Below are positions 1 to 13,776 of a stretch of 64,000 nucleotides of DNA, one piece after another (the first letter of the stretch is position 1; every line of letters starts with the position of its first letter). A model generated the notes under the pieces. The model worked only from the letters and a program-made list of their open reading frames with translations. It ran no database searches and was not told the origin of the DNA. The DNA is from the human T2T-CHM13v2.0 reference genome, Homo sapiens. The stretch lies in assembly GCF_009914755.1 (NCBI RefSeq), contig NC_060936.1; one strand, written 5' to 3'. The position numbers and the translations under genes were made by a program.

Positions 1-597
1 ATATCTGCTGCTCTGAGTTCCTCCACCTTTCCTAGAGTGGAAAATATCCTGATTCCTTAGTGCCTTTCTGAATTTTCAACACCATTTCACGGAAGCAACC
101 TCAAAAATTATATCAGCATGAAATTTTGTTTTGAGTCAAGGTGTTTCATTAGCTGTGAAACAGCAGAAGAGGTTTTACTATTTCTATTTTGGACTCATAG
201 AAGGAAATGCAAATGAATCAAAATCTATTATGCTTAGGTTTGAATGACTCCCTTTTTCTTATTTTGCTGGAGGATTACTCAGATTCTATTAAGGCCCTGT
301 TGGTCTGTATCTTTCTTAATAGGATGTTGAGGTGGTGTAATGCATCCCTTATCACTGACCTGCATGTGTGACATGACTTGTATATTAAATTCCAGTACAT
401 TTTAGTCTTCCATATTTTTTATCATAATATTCATTGGTTAAATAAAATCCTACTTAAGCAGATAACACACATTGGAGAATTTTATCATACTAATGTCTCC
501 CTTAGTATAGTATGTTTTTCACATGGATGAGATACTCTTTTGCTCCTTCATTTTTGTTTTATTAACTATGTTTGTCTTTTTTTCCATGTAAATTTAG

Positions 598-914
<317 letters not shown>

Positions 915-1799
915 TCAAAGGTTTTTTTCTCACGGTAAAATTATGAGATGTGTTAATTGTGTTCTTTGTGTTGAAACCCTTTTTGGTGGAGGGTCTTTGG
1001 ATGTAGTATATCTCGTGGCTGCTGTAGGCTGCTAGATTTATTGCTATAAAGATAAATTCCAGCAGCTTTGAACAGATTTTTTAATGGGTGAATTTTTTAT
1101 CAAAAGCCTTTACATAGTTGGTCATGGCATTGAACTAATAGCATGTAGAAATCCAGGTTTGGAAAAGATGATTCTTCATTCTTTGGGATCTGCCACAGAA
1201 AGGATGGAGTATTACTCTAAACAAAGCGTGCCTCACAGTTTTTCTCACTGCCTTGACAAAGCCTTATCCCAGAATGGTTTGCCTTTGAGCTCTCCACTGC
1301 CCTGGCCTTGATGGTATGAGGGTTTCTGGATTGATATTAGAGATATTTACATCAATATCTAGGTTAATGTCTAGTTGAAGCCTGGGTTTCATTCTCTATT
1401 GCTTGAAATAAGCTCTTTCTGGCAACACTCTTTGGCAGTTTGGCAGTTGTTTTTTTTTTTCATATTTCTTTTAAATTTTAATTATAACCCATCAAGTCTT
1501 AAGCAATTACTTCTGGGTAGACTCTTGATGAATGTCATAGCAGGGTGTTTTAATTTAATAGATCCAGAATAACATCTGGTTCTAATATTTTAAAAGCCAA
1601 TTTATATGGAAATTTATTTAATACACAGTCAATACATGGAGACTTGTAAAAATCAAAATCAAAATGGAAAATCAATCTACTGTTCTGTAATAGGTCTTCT
1701 TTTAATAAAGGATTTTGCTCATGACTGGGTTCAACTGTTACTAGTTAACACTCAAAATATCAGTTTAGAAAAGGTAGCAACTTATTTCTCATACTGAAG

Positions 1800-2190
1800 A
1801 AATAGGAGGTAGTTAGCCCAGGGTCACTATGGTCTTTTGTAACAGGGACTGAGTTTCCCTCAATCTTACTGCTCTGCTCTCTGCATGATTTCTATTCCTA
1901 AGGACACCTTGTGGGCCAAGATGGCTGCTGGAACTCCAACCATTACATATGTGCTCCACTCAGCAGGAAGGAGGAGGGTAGGGGTGGAGGGGAGGGGTGC
2001 AGGGGAAGAAGGCTAAGCTTTTCCTTTTAAGGACACTTTCTGGAAGTAGTAGACAAAAATTCATCATATGATCATATTTAGTATGAAGGGAAGATAGGGA
2101 AATAAATTTTTTTCTAAATGACCACATGCCCAACTAAAAATTAAAGTTCATTTGTATGGAAAAGAGAGAGAATAGATATTGGGTGATATC
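1800..2190. mobile_element. Old MaLR LTR (MLT1K-like)
   Basis: Motifs CCAAGATGGCTGCTGGA, TTCCTTTTAAGG and AAGGGAAGATAGGGAAAT resemble recalled MLT1K; degraded. Confidence 0.55.
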
Positions 2191-3479
2191 CCTGATATAG
2201 TGAACCATCCCGGCCACATGGAGTAATTGAAGATTTTCACAGATCTTTTGCCTTTTTATTGAACATTTAGAAAAGTCAACTAGTTCTTATTAGTAGATAA
2301 TATATGTATTATTATATGGATTAGCATGGTATTTGGCACATTGTATATAATCATCAACTTCTGATCGGCCTATTTTAATTCTAACCCCAAAATGCACCTA
2401 ATTTCCCAGGTTATGGGTCAGGAAGACTTTAATAAGGGACTTTTCATAGATTGTATCCTAGTCTTTATATAATAATAACAGCGCAGCTAACAGGGCAGAG
2501 AGATCATTTGCACTAGGGTGTCCAGAACACTCATGTATATGTAAAGCACTGTTCTCTGCTTCTCTATATAGAAGACAAATGAACAATTATACATGTTTAT
2601 TAAATGATTTCAAGGTAAAACTATTATCACAGAAACTGAAGCTCAGAAAGGTTAATTGGGAAGCAATCTAGAGAAGCAGTTGAAAACTATCATGCCTAGT
2701 CATTTGAACTCAACTAGAATACTAACTCAGTTATTTCCACTGGTGAGATCACCTTAGATGGGTTTCTTAATCTGCTGAGTCTCTGTGATAGTTTATTTTT
2801 GCAGTCAGGCAGTGAATGAAAGAGTTAGGACTCAGGAACGTTTTCCCTGAATCCAGAGTTTTTCCAACCTGCTTTTCGGTAATACTCATGTGGAAATTTC
2901 TCTGATCACACCTGCCTCACAAGAGAAGGCAGAACTGGTGGAGGGCCTAGAGTTGAACATCATTAAGACAGTCTCCCACAACATAGTCTTTATCCACACA
3001 GATGCCCACAGCTCCTTAAAAAGCCCTGATATCAGACTAGGCAAGAGTTTTATAGTTCTGGAGTTCTCATTCCTGTGCCCTTACTAACTCATGTGTCTCT
3101 TATATGTTCTGTAAATACAGAGATAGGTTCACTAGGGATACAAAAAGACTCCAAATGCCACTCTGTTCTCTGGGAGGATAGTGGCACAGAGCCAGGATGT
3201 TCCAAACTGAATAATTTAATGCCACATTCAATGTTTGTACCTTATCCACATATGTCAGTACTTTTGAGTCTTTAATCCTTTTCTTTATATTCACTTTTTA
3301 ATTTTCAACAGCTTTATTCTGAGCCATAGTTAGGAAATCCAGCTTTGATATGGTAATGAAATTTACTTTCAAATAACCTTAACATGAATATAACCATTAC
3401 AGTTTTTACAAAGTGCAGACATCTTTTTACATGTCCCCAGTAGTAGATGGATCATATTTTGGGAAACCCAGAATAGTGG

Positions 3480-3700
3480 AAAGGGAATTAGCCATGAAGC
3501 TCTGTGTTACTGCTCTCAACTTGTGTGACTCTGGGCCAGTTATTAATTAATCTTTCTGAACCACAAACTTTCTCACTTGAGAGATGTAGAGAATAATATC
3601 TACCTCATCAGTGTTGCTCTAAAGATTAAATGAGATGTAGCCAAGGAGACCAGCATGGTGTTTGGCAGTGTATCAATTGTTTAGCAATTAGTAGGTCCTT
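3480..3700 (+). mobile_element. MIR fragment
   Basis: TGTGTGACTCTGGGCCAGTTATT...AATAATATCTACCTCA...AAGATTAAATGAGATG MIR core. Confidence 0.7.
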
Positions 3701-3919
3701 CCTTCTTGAAGTCTGTTTGAAAATATCAGGCATGCAAATGGAAACTATCCTCAAAAGCAAGAATCAGTGAAGCACCATGAAGATTTCTATAGAGGGTAGT
3801 AAGTCCCATGAAAGCTAAGAAGTGGGAAAGGCTGAAGTTTATTAGAATGCAGTAGGAAGGGAAACACTGGATAGGTGGAGAGCCATTCTTCCTAGTCTTT
3901 CCAGTTATCTGGGCCCTTA

Positions 3920-4250
3920 ATACTCAACATGTGGTCCAAGGACCATCAACATCAGCATCACCTGAGAGCTACTGGAATGTGGACTCTCTCTCTGGCTTCT
4001 CCCCAGGCCTACTGAATCAGAACCTGCCTTTTAACAGGGTTGTCAGGTGATTTGTATGTATGAGAAGCACCGGGCACTGATATTCCCTGTAAAATTTATT
4101 AATTTATTTCTAGTAGGAGGCTAGTCCTTGCATCACCTGGGCCTTGCTTCTTAAAAATGCAGATTCTCAGGCCCAGCCTCGATCTGGAATATTCATTTTT
4201 AGCCAGTATGTCACATGATTTTCAGGGCAGTTGTTTGGCAGACTGCTACA
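3920..4250. mobile_element. MER5A/MER5B-like hAT-Charlie DNA transposon fragments
   Basis: CATCAGCATCACCTGAGAGCT...CCTACTGAATCAGAA...CAGGTGATT and AAAATGCAGATTCTCAGGCCC motifs. Confidence 0.7.
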
Positions 4251-4521
4251 TTAAGGCTTAAACCAGTTGAAGAACTTTATTCTTCAAAGATACTTGCATT
4301 TCAACAAGGAAGGAAGCTTTTAAGGAAGAGAAAAACAACCCTCATTGTGGTTTTAGTAAGCATTAAGGGGAGGACATGAATTCAGCTTATATGTGCCTGG
4401 AATCCCATCACAAAGCTACATAGTAACAAAGCTTCTGAGAAAGGCAGTATCTTATCAATGTCATATTTTTTCTTTCTTTCTGTGTTTTACATTTGATTTT
4501 TTTTAACGTTTTGTTTTTTAG

Positions 4522-5092
4522 CCGTGCTATCAAGACTAATCAGGACCTTCTCCCAGAAACTCCATGGACGCACATTTTCTACAATGATTTTTGGGGGACT
4601 CTTCTAACCCACAGTGGCAGCCACAAGTCCTACCGGCCACTCTGCACTCTTTCTTTTCGCCTGAACCATGCCATTGGAGGGTTGAATCCCTGGAGCTACC
4701 ATCTTGTCAATGTCCTGTTGCATGCAGCAGTCACTGGTCTCTTCACAAGCTTCTCCAAGATCCTCCTTGGTGATGGATACTGGACATTCATGGCTGGCTT
4801 GATGTTTGCTTCTCACCCCATTCACACGGAGGCAGTGGCAGGAATCGTGGGACGAGCCGATGTCGGGGCCAGTCTCTTCTTTCTCCTCTCCTTGCTCTGC
4901 TACATTAAACACTGTTCTACAAGAGGCTACTCAGCCAGAACCTGGGGCTGGTTCCTGGGGTCAGGACTGTGCGCAGGATGCAGCATGTTGTGGAAGGAAC
5001 AAGGAGTGACTGTTCTCGCAGTTTCAGCAGTTTATGATGTCTTTGTCTTTCACAGGCTGAAAATAAAACAGATATTACCTACCATTTACAAA
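4522..5092 (+). CDS. TMTC2: TMTC2 coding exon 2 (N-terminal multi-pass transmembrane, GT-C type region)
   Basis: Translation RAIKTNQDLLPETPWTHIFYNDFWG...SYRPL...ASHPIHTEAVAGIVGRAD...KEQG...PTIYK matches recalled human TMTC2. Long polypyrimidine tract with AG at 4520-4521; donor AAA|GTAAGT at 5093. 571 bp, enters in phase 2, leaves in phase 0. Confidence 0.97.
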
Positions 5093-6559
5093 GTAAGTGA
5101 TTGTTGGCTCTTGAGCATTGGATTACTGAGTAATCTACTTGCTTACTCCTTTGCCACCATTTAAAAAGCAAATTTATTCCTCTGCAAGCGGAATTTAAAA
5201 TAAGTTCCTTTTTGATCTTCAGTAAGTGGAAGTGTCCTTTTGACCTTTGTACTAAGCAGGGTTTTAGTCACTGATTGTTTTATTTCTCTGGTTTCTTACT
5301 TTCATGATTTCAAGGGTGGTAGAAGAATAATTTTGCCTTGTAAAGAATATGCACCTTTATTATTTATTGAGTTCTTATTTCTATATTTCTGCACAAATTG
5401 TCTATAATCTGATAAATTGTCTATAACGTGTATTTGTAAAAAATAACACGGCTGATAATAGAGCTAGATGCTAGACTTTACAGGGGAAATCCTCTGCCAT
5501 TTGTTAATATTACTTTTCCTGAGTTGACTTTGGAAAACAATCCTTCCCTTTAGTGCACTGGGAAGTCAAATTCTTAAACAATGAATCATACTCACCTTTT
5601 TCTCGTGATAGTGCATAAGAATAGAAAAGTCAAAACAGAAAATGGTTATTATTGAGTTTCTCCCTGTGGCCAATTAAGACCTTTGCCTTAGGGCATATTT
5701 GTTCTCCCGTATTCCCTTAGTGGTATCCAGTACAAAGTTGTTTGAAGGCCACAGAAGCATTTTAGGATCCCCATACACTTGAAGAGACTGAGCAGTTTTC
5801 TGCTAGAGCATTAAGGAGAGGCATTGAGCGGACGGGGCATCTTGAGAAATTGTCTGCCTTCCCATCTCCCCATCCTCCTTCACTCAGAATAAACTCACCG
5901 TTGCTTTGACTTTGGCGTGAAGACGGAACTGGGCCAGGGTTTGCCAACTTTGGTCATGTTTTAGGCAGGCTCCCGCCTATCTTTTGGATACAAGTGAGGA
6001 ATTAAGGTTTTGGATACTTTGCTATGAGGAAACTGTCAAGTTTTCCTAGTTTTGACTACTTTTTCACCATCGATTTCTAATTTTATTTAAAATTGAGAAG
6101 AAATTTAAAAACAAATTGAGGCAAATGCTGTTCGAAACATCAATTTTTTTAAATGCCCTTTTTTTTTTTTCCTCTTAAGAGTCAGAGTGATCTCTGCTGT
6201 GCTTTTTCTCTGCTGGAAACCTAACCTTTTCACTTAGAGTATTAAGGGCTTAATGAAGTTCTTTTGTGATTTCAATTAAATGCTGAAACTTTAAAAGAAA
6301 CTCTGGTTAGAGTTTGATGCTTGAAAACAACAGATGGTTTGAAAGTCAAGCTCTTAATTTCAAATCAATTTTAATTCTTTCAAAGAGATTTAGAGAGAGT
6401 AATTGTTTTCATCTAACCCAATGTCATCGACAATAGCAAACTTTGTTTTATTAGAAGTACAACTAGGAGAAGTGTAATTCCTGCTCTTTGTCCTTAGGGA
6501 GGTTATGATGTATTTGAGGATGCAGGCTTAGTGCTGGCTGTTTCAGGACCTTGCATTAG

Positions 6560-6876
<317 letters not shown>

Positions 6877-7059
6877 TGTGATTTCTTTTACAGAATTTCC
6901 ATCTTACCATCTCATAAGTTAGGGAATTATTTGGCTATGATGATTCAGGATTTACTTGCAGGACCTTACGAAGTTCTCTGAGAAATTTACAGTCCTCTAA
7001 GCATATTTTCAAGGGCAGAGTTGCCCACTGCAGTACTCCTTCCTAGAAATATGTTCTAT

Positions 7060-7154
7060 ACAATATTTGGGACATACTTATAATAGAAAATTAATCTTTG
7101 TTTCTCTGAAATTGAAATTTATCTGGGCATCCTGTATTTTATTTGTCAACCTTA
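7060..7154. mobile_element. MER53 half element
   Basis: GGGACATACTTATAAT...TCTGAAATTGAAATTTATCTGGGCATCCTGTATTTTATTTG matches one arm of palindromic MER53. Confidence 0.75.
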
Positions 7155-7477
7155 TTCATGTAACAGCTGCTTCAAAAATAAGAAATGCCACTAGCAAGGA
7201 ACTCTTGAGACTAAAGAGTGTGAAGTTCCCCATGTTAAGAGAAAGGACTTAATACTGTTGAAGGTTCAGTGTCCTGAGAAGTTTCCAGATGGCTCTTTGC
7301 CCAGACTCTCTTGGCGACCACCGCTTGCAGGGCTAGGCAATGGCAGCAGCAAGGGTAGTGGTCGGGGGCAGCAAGACTTTGTCTGATATTTGCTATTCTA
7401 TCGTAGCTCTTTCTGTCATTCTTAGGTTTGGGGCCAATGAGCTTAATAAGAACATTGGAGATAACACATTTTATAGA

Positions 7478-7783
<306 letters not shown>

Positions 7784-8793
7784 CATTTTATAGATTTTTA
7801 AGGACCTGTAGGATCATCTTTGCCACTCTCTTCATTTCCATCTGGGGTGTGGAGAGCCAGAGATGTGTAGGTAACACAGAAAATGATGGAATCACTAGGA
7901 CTGAAGCACACATCTCTGACTATCTGGTGATATCTTTACTACACTCTGATAGTTTGAGGAACAAATATAGGTAAAGTCAATTGACTGCCCAGTAGAAAGG
8001 AAACTAATATGGAATAGAATCTTAACTCAACTTGGGCTGATTCCATGATCTGTTTCTTCATCTGGAAATGAAGGCAGCTATAGTTCTCTCCCAGAGTTGT
8101 GAGGCTTATTTGAAATTGTGGGGGTGTTCAGTGTGAGCTGAAGTGTCCAGTATTTGGATGATACCTAATACATATTAGTTGAAGTGAAAGAAGAAATGTC
8201 GATGGAAATTTTGATTCTTTATCTTTTGGCCTCTGCCTTCTTAAGGTGAACTGCCAGTAGTCTCTACACATAGAGTTGTTTGACAGCATGTGAAATAAGG
8301 ACTGCTTAGTAATTGACCAAAGCTGAAGTAAACAGATTTAAGCACAAACTTTCATTTAAAATCTCATGCTTGTGAAGCTTGTAAACACTGACATAGAATC
8401 CATATGAAAGTTATAGAAAATTCCATATTCTGTCTGTAAAATATATAGATTTCTATGCCTGGGGTGAGTTAGAGGAGATTCTTTCTGAAGGAAGTAGTCT
8501 GAAAGGCTTTAGAAGATCCATTCAACCTTAAAAAATAATCATCTTAAATATCTTGCCAATTAACTCTGCATCCTAGTTATCATGGTTTGCCAGATGAGAT
8601 AAACTTCCTTGCTCTGTTAAAACATAACTTATATACAAATGGAAAACTGCAGTATACAAATGTTTAACCCTGTTACTCAAATTAGAGAACAAGCTAAGTA
8701 ATGAAAACCTAAAAATGGTGGCCCACTTAAAGCTGGAAATTATTAAGGCCAGAGGGGCAAGGCTCTTGGCTGAATTTGGCCAGTTTTGATTGC

Positions 8794-8959
8794 AGTTTAC
8801 CTTTGTCTTAGGTGTTGCTTAAGCTTGATTCTACATCCGGATGTAGTGATCAGACCAAAGCTAACAACCCCATACTTCCAAACCATTTACGGAATTTGTC
8901 TTGAGAATGATTTCTGAGAATGGGAGTTTATATTCTGTTAAAGAATTTTGGTTAATCAC
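8794..8959 (+). repeat. Copy 1 of ~165 bp dispersed direct duplication
   Basis: Aligns by eye at ~85% identity to 10266-10434. Confidence 0.9.
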
Positions 8960-10265
8960 CAAAAATGTTACAAGACTCATGCAAATGATGTGCATGTCAT
9001 CAGACTTTTGCAGTTTTGCAAAGGAAATATGAAAGTTATATTTTTATTTGATAAAATATATGGGAAATAGTAAGTTCTTGGCATGTAGTAGATATTTTAT
9101 TTAGTATTTAATGAACAGTGTTTATATCTGCCAAGCACTATTCTTAGTGTGCTAAAGATGTTAACTTATTTAGCTTATGTAACAAATGCTCGTTGAGATA
9201 AGTAATATGACTTACAAAATAATATGGTTGAATGCTGTCAAACTATAATTTTGTCAGTAGTTAATTTTGTCAGAAAACATTAAGTATAAAATCTTCAGAA
9301 GTATGAATAAAAATCAGTGTTTTAGAGTAGTCTTAGTTCTTAGCTTCAGGATTTAGTTTAATATATTTCTTACATTATCCTTGTCCTTCACCATACATCT
9401 GGCTTATAGTAGGAACTTAGTAAATTATTGAATTCACACTTAATATTTACCTTTTTAAAATATGTGGCTGAAATGTTAAAGTGAACTCCTGTACTCTCCC
9501 CTTTATACAATGAGAATTTCATTCCTGAGTTAGTGGGGTCTGGAAGGTAGGGTTGGAAGACATGTATGTCAGAAAATAAATTTTCTTGACCTCTCACTAA
9601 ATGATTGTTTTAGCATTACTTAGATTACTTTCACTCACTTAGTTTTATGTGGTCAAAAAATAAGGGGGGAAAAGCCCTTGAAATACACTTAGCCTTGCAA
9701 ATACATACTAGACTTTTATCTGCCCACAAAATTTTTTACAAGCCTCTCATGACCCCAGGAAGTACATGGGTAATAAAATCAGTAAAAGCAACATTTTTCT
9801 TGCCCAACGTCAGTCATTGCTTGCCTAGTGGCCATTTTCTGTGCTTATTTAACATCTGTTAACTGTTTTAATGTGGAAACATCTCTTTCCCCTTTATTAG
9901 CCTCATAACCACTTATTCAGTTACAGGTGGAAAATTTTAAAAATCTGAAAGTCAATGTAGCAATACTAATACTAACACAAGATAGTTTAGAAAAATGAAG
10001 CCCTTTTAGTTTGATGTTTTTAAAATTTCTCTAAAGATGATTACCTTGGTTTTGCTAAAGTTTATGTAGTTGGTTCCAAGATGTGCATTATCTAGGTAAT
10101 CTCTTTTTCTTAAAATTAAATTTTGTGACTCTGTTTCAATAAATAATATTGTTATATGGGAAAATTGGAGACATTGAGATTTTCCAGTCATCTCTTTCTA
10201 GAAATAATTTTCTTGTTTTAATGCTAAGCAGAAAGTGAATGATGGAGGTTGCCCATGGGCAATGA

Positions 10266-10434
10266 AGTTTACCTTTGTCTTATGTGTTGCTTAACTTGAT
10301 TCTACATCCAGATAATAGTGTTCAGATCAAAACTAACAACCCCATATTTCCAAACCATTTATAGTAGGGTTTATCTTGAGAATAATTTCTGAGGGTGGGA
10401 GTTTATATTCTATTAAAGATTTTTGGTTCATCAC
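10266..10434 (+). repeat. Copy 2 of ~165 bp dispersed direct duplication
   Basis: Aligns by eye at ~85% identity to 8794-8959. Confidence 0.9.
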
Positions 10435-11249
10435 TGTCTGAACACTAAAGGTATTGAATGTAGTGTTTCTGTACTTCTGACTATTTTGTGTGGCTTTCTC
10501 TATAGAGAAGAGCATGCGAATAGAGATGCATAGCCTGCAGGTGTTTGCATATTGAATCCACATGTGCTTTTTCCGTTAGTTGCTGGGGATGGCTTTGATG
10601 GAATCTGTTATCATTTATGGCATTGTCCCTTTTGTTTCTAGACTAGGTTGTGGTTTTGCCTAAGTTGTGACCCCCCCCCAATATCAATTGCATTGAATGA
10701 AATATGATATATTTACCGTTTGTGATTTTCCATACTCAACACCTGTGCCACTCTCCTCCAAGTAGTATTCCCACTTTTATGACCCCCTTTCCTTTCATTT
10801 GCCTTACACTTGACTTTGCGAGAATCCAGATGTAGCAAGATGCTCTGATTCTGATCACAATATTTCTTAGCTTTATTGAAACTGTAGGGCTGTTTGTTAG
10901 GCCCTTACGAATGAATTTGGATTTCCTCCCAGTAAACTTGTGGCATTTAATATTCATGACCTGTAGTACTATAAAACTTTGAACAGCTGCCAACACTGCT
11001 AACCAGATAATACCACAAATAAAGTCAATGTTCAAAAATATTTTACGATTCAAAAAGTCAAAGATTAATAAGATATTGTATTCCTGCAGGCTGGCTCCCT
11101 TGTTCAGCTGATTTAAGGTGATTCTGTATTCCAGTTGCAGTTTAAGTTCAAGTTAAGTAATTTAAATTTGGGAGTCTGACTACCATTGCAAGCATCTATA
11201 ATGCCTGCATTACACTGTTAATACTTGGAACAACGATCTATTCACAAAT

Positions 11250-11750
11250 TATCATTAAAAAAATTCATCTTTGTGCCAAGCGCTATAGTAGGCGATGTGG
11301 GGATTCAAAGAGGAATCAAAAGGAACATGCCAATATGCCAGGACTTTATAGAGTAGTATGAAGTCGAGAATAGTGCATGTAAATATAGAATTGAAATTCA
11401 AGCTGGGAAGTGGTGAGGGTTATAAGGGAGCCATTGAGAATGGTGGGGGAGTTGAGAGGAAGGGGAGGTTACTTTTGGTTGAGGGGATCAAGAAATGCCT
11501 TCTGGAGCAGAGACATTTGAGTAGAACCTTGCAGGGTAAAGATACAGGCATTTGTAACTGGAGAGGTGAGGAAGAGTAAAGGGTACAGCATGAGCATTAC
11601 ACAGAGGAAAACTCACAGAAAATTACTGGGTACCATGGAGCAGTTGTTTTGGCAGATACACAGAGGACATGGGTGATAGAGGAAAATGAGTCAGGTAGGG
11701 TAGATTGAGACCACCTGGTATGTATAGTGATATCGGGGCCTTCTGTGCTA
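11250..11750 (-). mobile_element. L2 fragment
   Basis: TGTGCCAAGCGCTATAGTAGG...AGACATTTGAGTAGAACCTTG purine-rich antisense L2 pattern. Confidence 0.55.
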
Positions 11751-12008
11751 TATTGTGGCTCCCAAAATGTTGGGAAACAATGCATGGTTTCAAAATGTGC
11801 TCCTACTTTTGCTTGTCCATGGAAGGAGCCTAGGGATACGCAGGTCAGCTCCGTGTAGCCACTCGGGAGTCGGGGGTGAGGGGAGGGGGGAACTATCCCA
11901 TCTGTCTCCTAAATCTGAGGGAGGGTTCCTTTGGTGATGAACTGAAAATCCTCCTGAAAGCTAGAGTTGAAGTTTTATATCTCATTCATATCAGTGTATG
12001 TCACATTC

Positions 12009-12312
<304 letters not shown>

Positions 12313-12444
12313 TACATTTTTTATCATTAAATAAAAAACGTTTATTTTTGGAAGACTAATGTTATTGTACTTTTTACTGAATAATATTTGGCATATTATT
12401 CTACAGTCCTCATAAGAAAAATGGAGGTCTTTAAAAGCTTTCTC

Positions 12445-12734
12445 AGCTGGGTGCAGTGGCTCACGCCTGTAATCCCAGCACTTTGAGAGGCCAGGGCAGG
12501 CAGATCACGAGATCAGGAGTTTGAGACCAGCCTGTCCAACATGGTGAAATCCTGTCTCTACTAAAAATACAAAAAAAAAAAAAAAAATAGCTGGGCAAGG
12601 TGGAGGGGTGCCTGTAATCCCAGCTACTCGGGAGGCTGAGGCAGGAGAATCGCTTGGACCCAGGAAGGCAGAGGTGGCAGTGAGCTGAGATCGCGTCGCT
12701 GCACTCCAGTCTGGACAACAAGAGCAAGACTCCG
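12445..12734 (+). mobile_element. AluS lacking terminal TCTC and A-tail, fused to L1
   Basis: Sense Alu dimer ending ...GAGCAAGACTCCG directly at L1 sequence; expanded middle A-tract. Confidence 0.95.
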
Positions 12735-13776
12735 ATAAAGAGTCAAGACCCATCACTGTGCTGTATTCAGGAAACCCATGTCACGTGCAGAGACACACAT
12801 AGGCTCAGAATAAAGGGATGGAGGAAGATCTACCAAGCAAATGGAAAACAAAAAATGACAGGGGTTGCAATCCTAGTCTCTGATAAAACAGGCTTTAAAC
12901 CAACAAAGATCAAAAGAGACAAAGAAGGCCATTACATAATGGTAAAGGGATCAATTCAACAAGAAGAGCTAACTATCCTAAATATATATGTACCCAATAC
13001 AGGAGCACCCAAATTCATAAAGCAAGTCCTTAGAGACCTACAAAGAGACTTAGACTCCCACACAATAATAATGGGAGACTTTAACACCCCACTGTCAACA
13101 TTAGACAGATCAACGAGACAGGAAATTAACAAGGTTATCCAGGAATTGAACTCAGCTCTGCACCAAGCGGACCTAATAGACATCTACAGAACTCTTCACC
13201 CCAAATCAACAGAATATACATTCTTCCCAGCACCACACCGCACTTATTCCAAAATTGACCACATAGTTGGAAGTAAAGCACTCCTCAGCAAATGTAAAAG
13301 AACAGAAATTATAACAAACTGTCTCTCAGACCACAGTGCAATCAAACTAGAACTCAGGATTAAGAAACTCACTCAAAACCACTCAACTACATGGAAACAG
13401 AACAACCTGCTCCTGAATGACTACTGGGTACATAACGAAATGAAGGCAGAAATAAAGATGTTCTTTGAAACCAATGAGAACAAAGACACAGCATACCAGA
13501 ATCTCTGGGACACATTTAAAGCAGTGTGTAGAGGGAAATTTATAGCACGAAATGCCCTCAAGAGAAAGCAGGAAAGATCTAAAATTGACACCCTAACATC
13601 ACAATTAAAAGAACTAGAGAAGCAAGAGCCAACACATTCAAAAGCTAGCAGAAGGCAAGAAATAACTAAGATCAGAGCAGAACTGAAGGAGATAGAGACA
13701 CAAAAAAAAACCCTTGAAAAAATCAATGAATCCAGGAGCTGGTTTTTTGAAAAGATCAAAAAAAAAAAAAAAAAAA
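12735..13776 (+). mobile_element. L1PA internal fragment (ORF2 endonuclease domain and linker) followed by poly-A
   Basis: Translates without a stop as [15 protein letters not shown]...GDFNTPL...SKIDH...[10 protein letters not shown]...SRSWFFEKI, about residues 31-370 of L1 ORF2p; then A19. Confidence 0.97.

Noticed and set aside
4493-5164. 223-aa ORF as a stand-alone gene
   Set aside because: It is TMTC2 exon 2 plus intronic flanks; the start is a TTG within the polypyrimidine tract
5395-5426. Short direct repeats (13 bp here, 12 bp at ~9246-9273, 25 bp at ~46856-46905)
   Set aside because: Ordinary slippage micro-duplications, with nothing suggesting function
5790-5990. Locally CpG-enriched patch as a CpG island or promoter
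   Set aside because: Too short and too low in CpG density; an enhancer cannot be excluded but is unsupported from sequence alone
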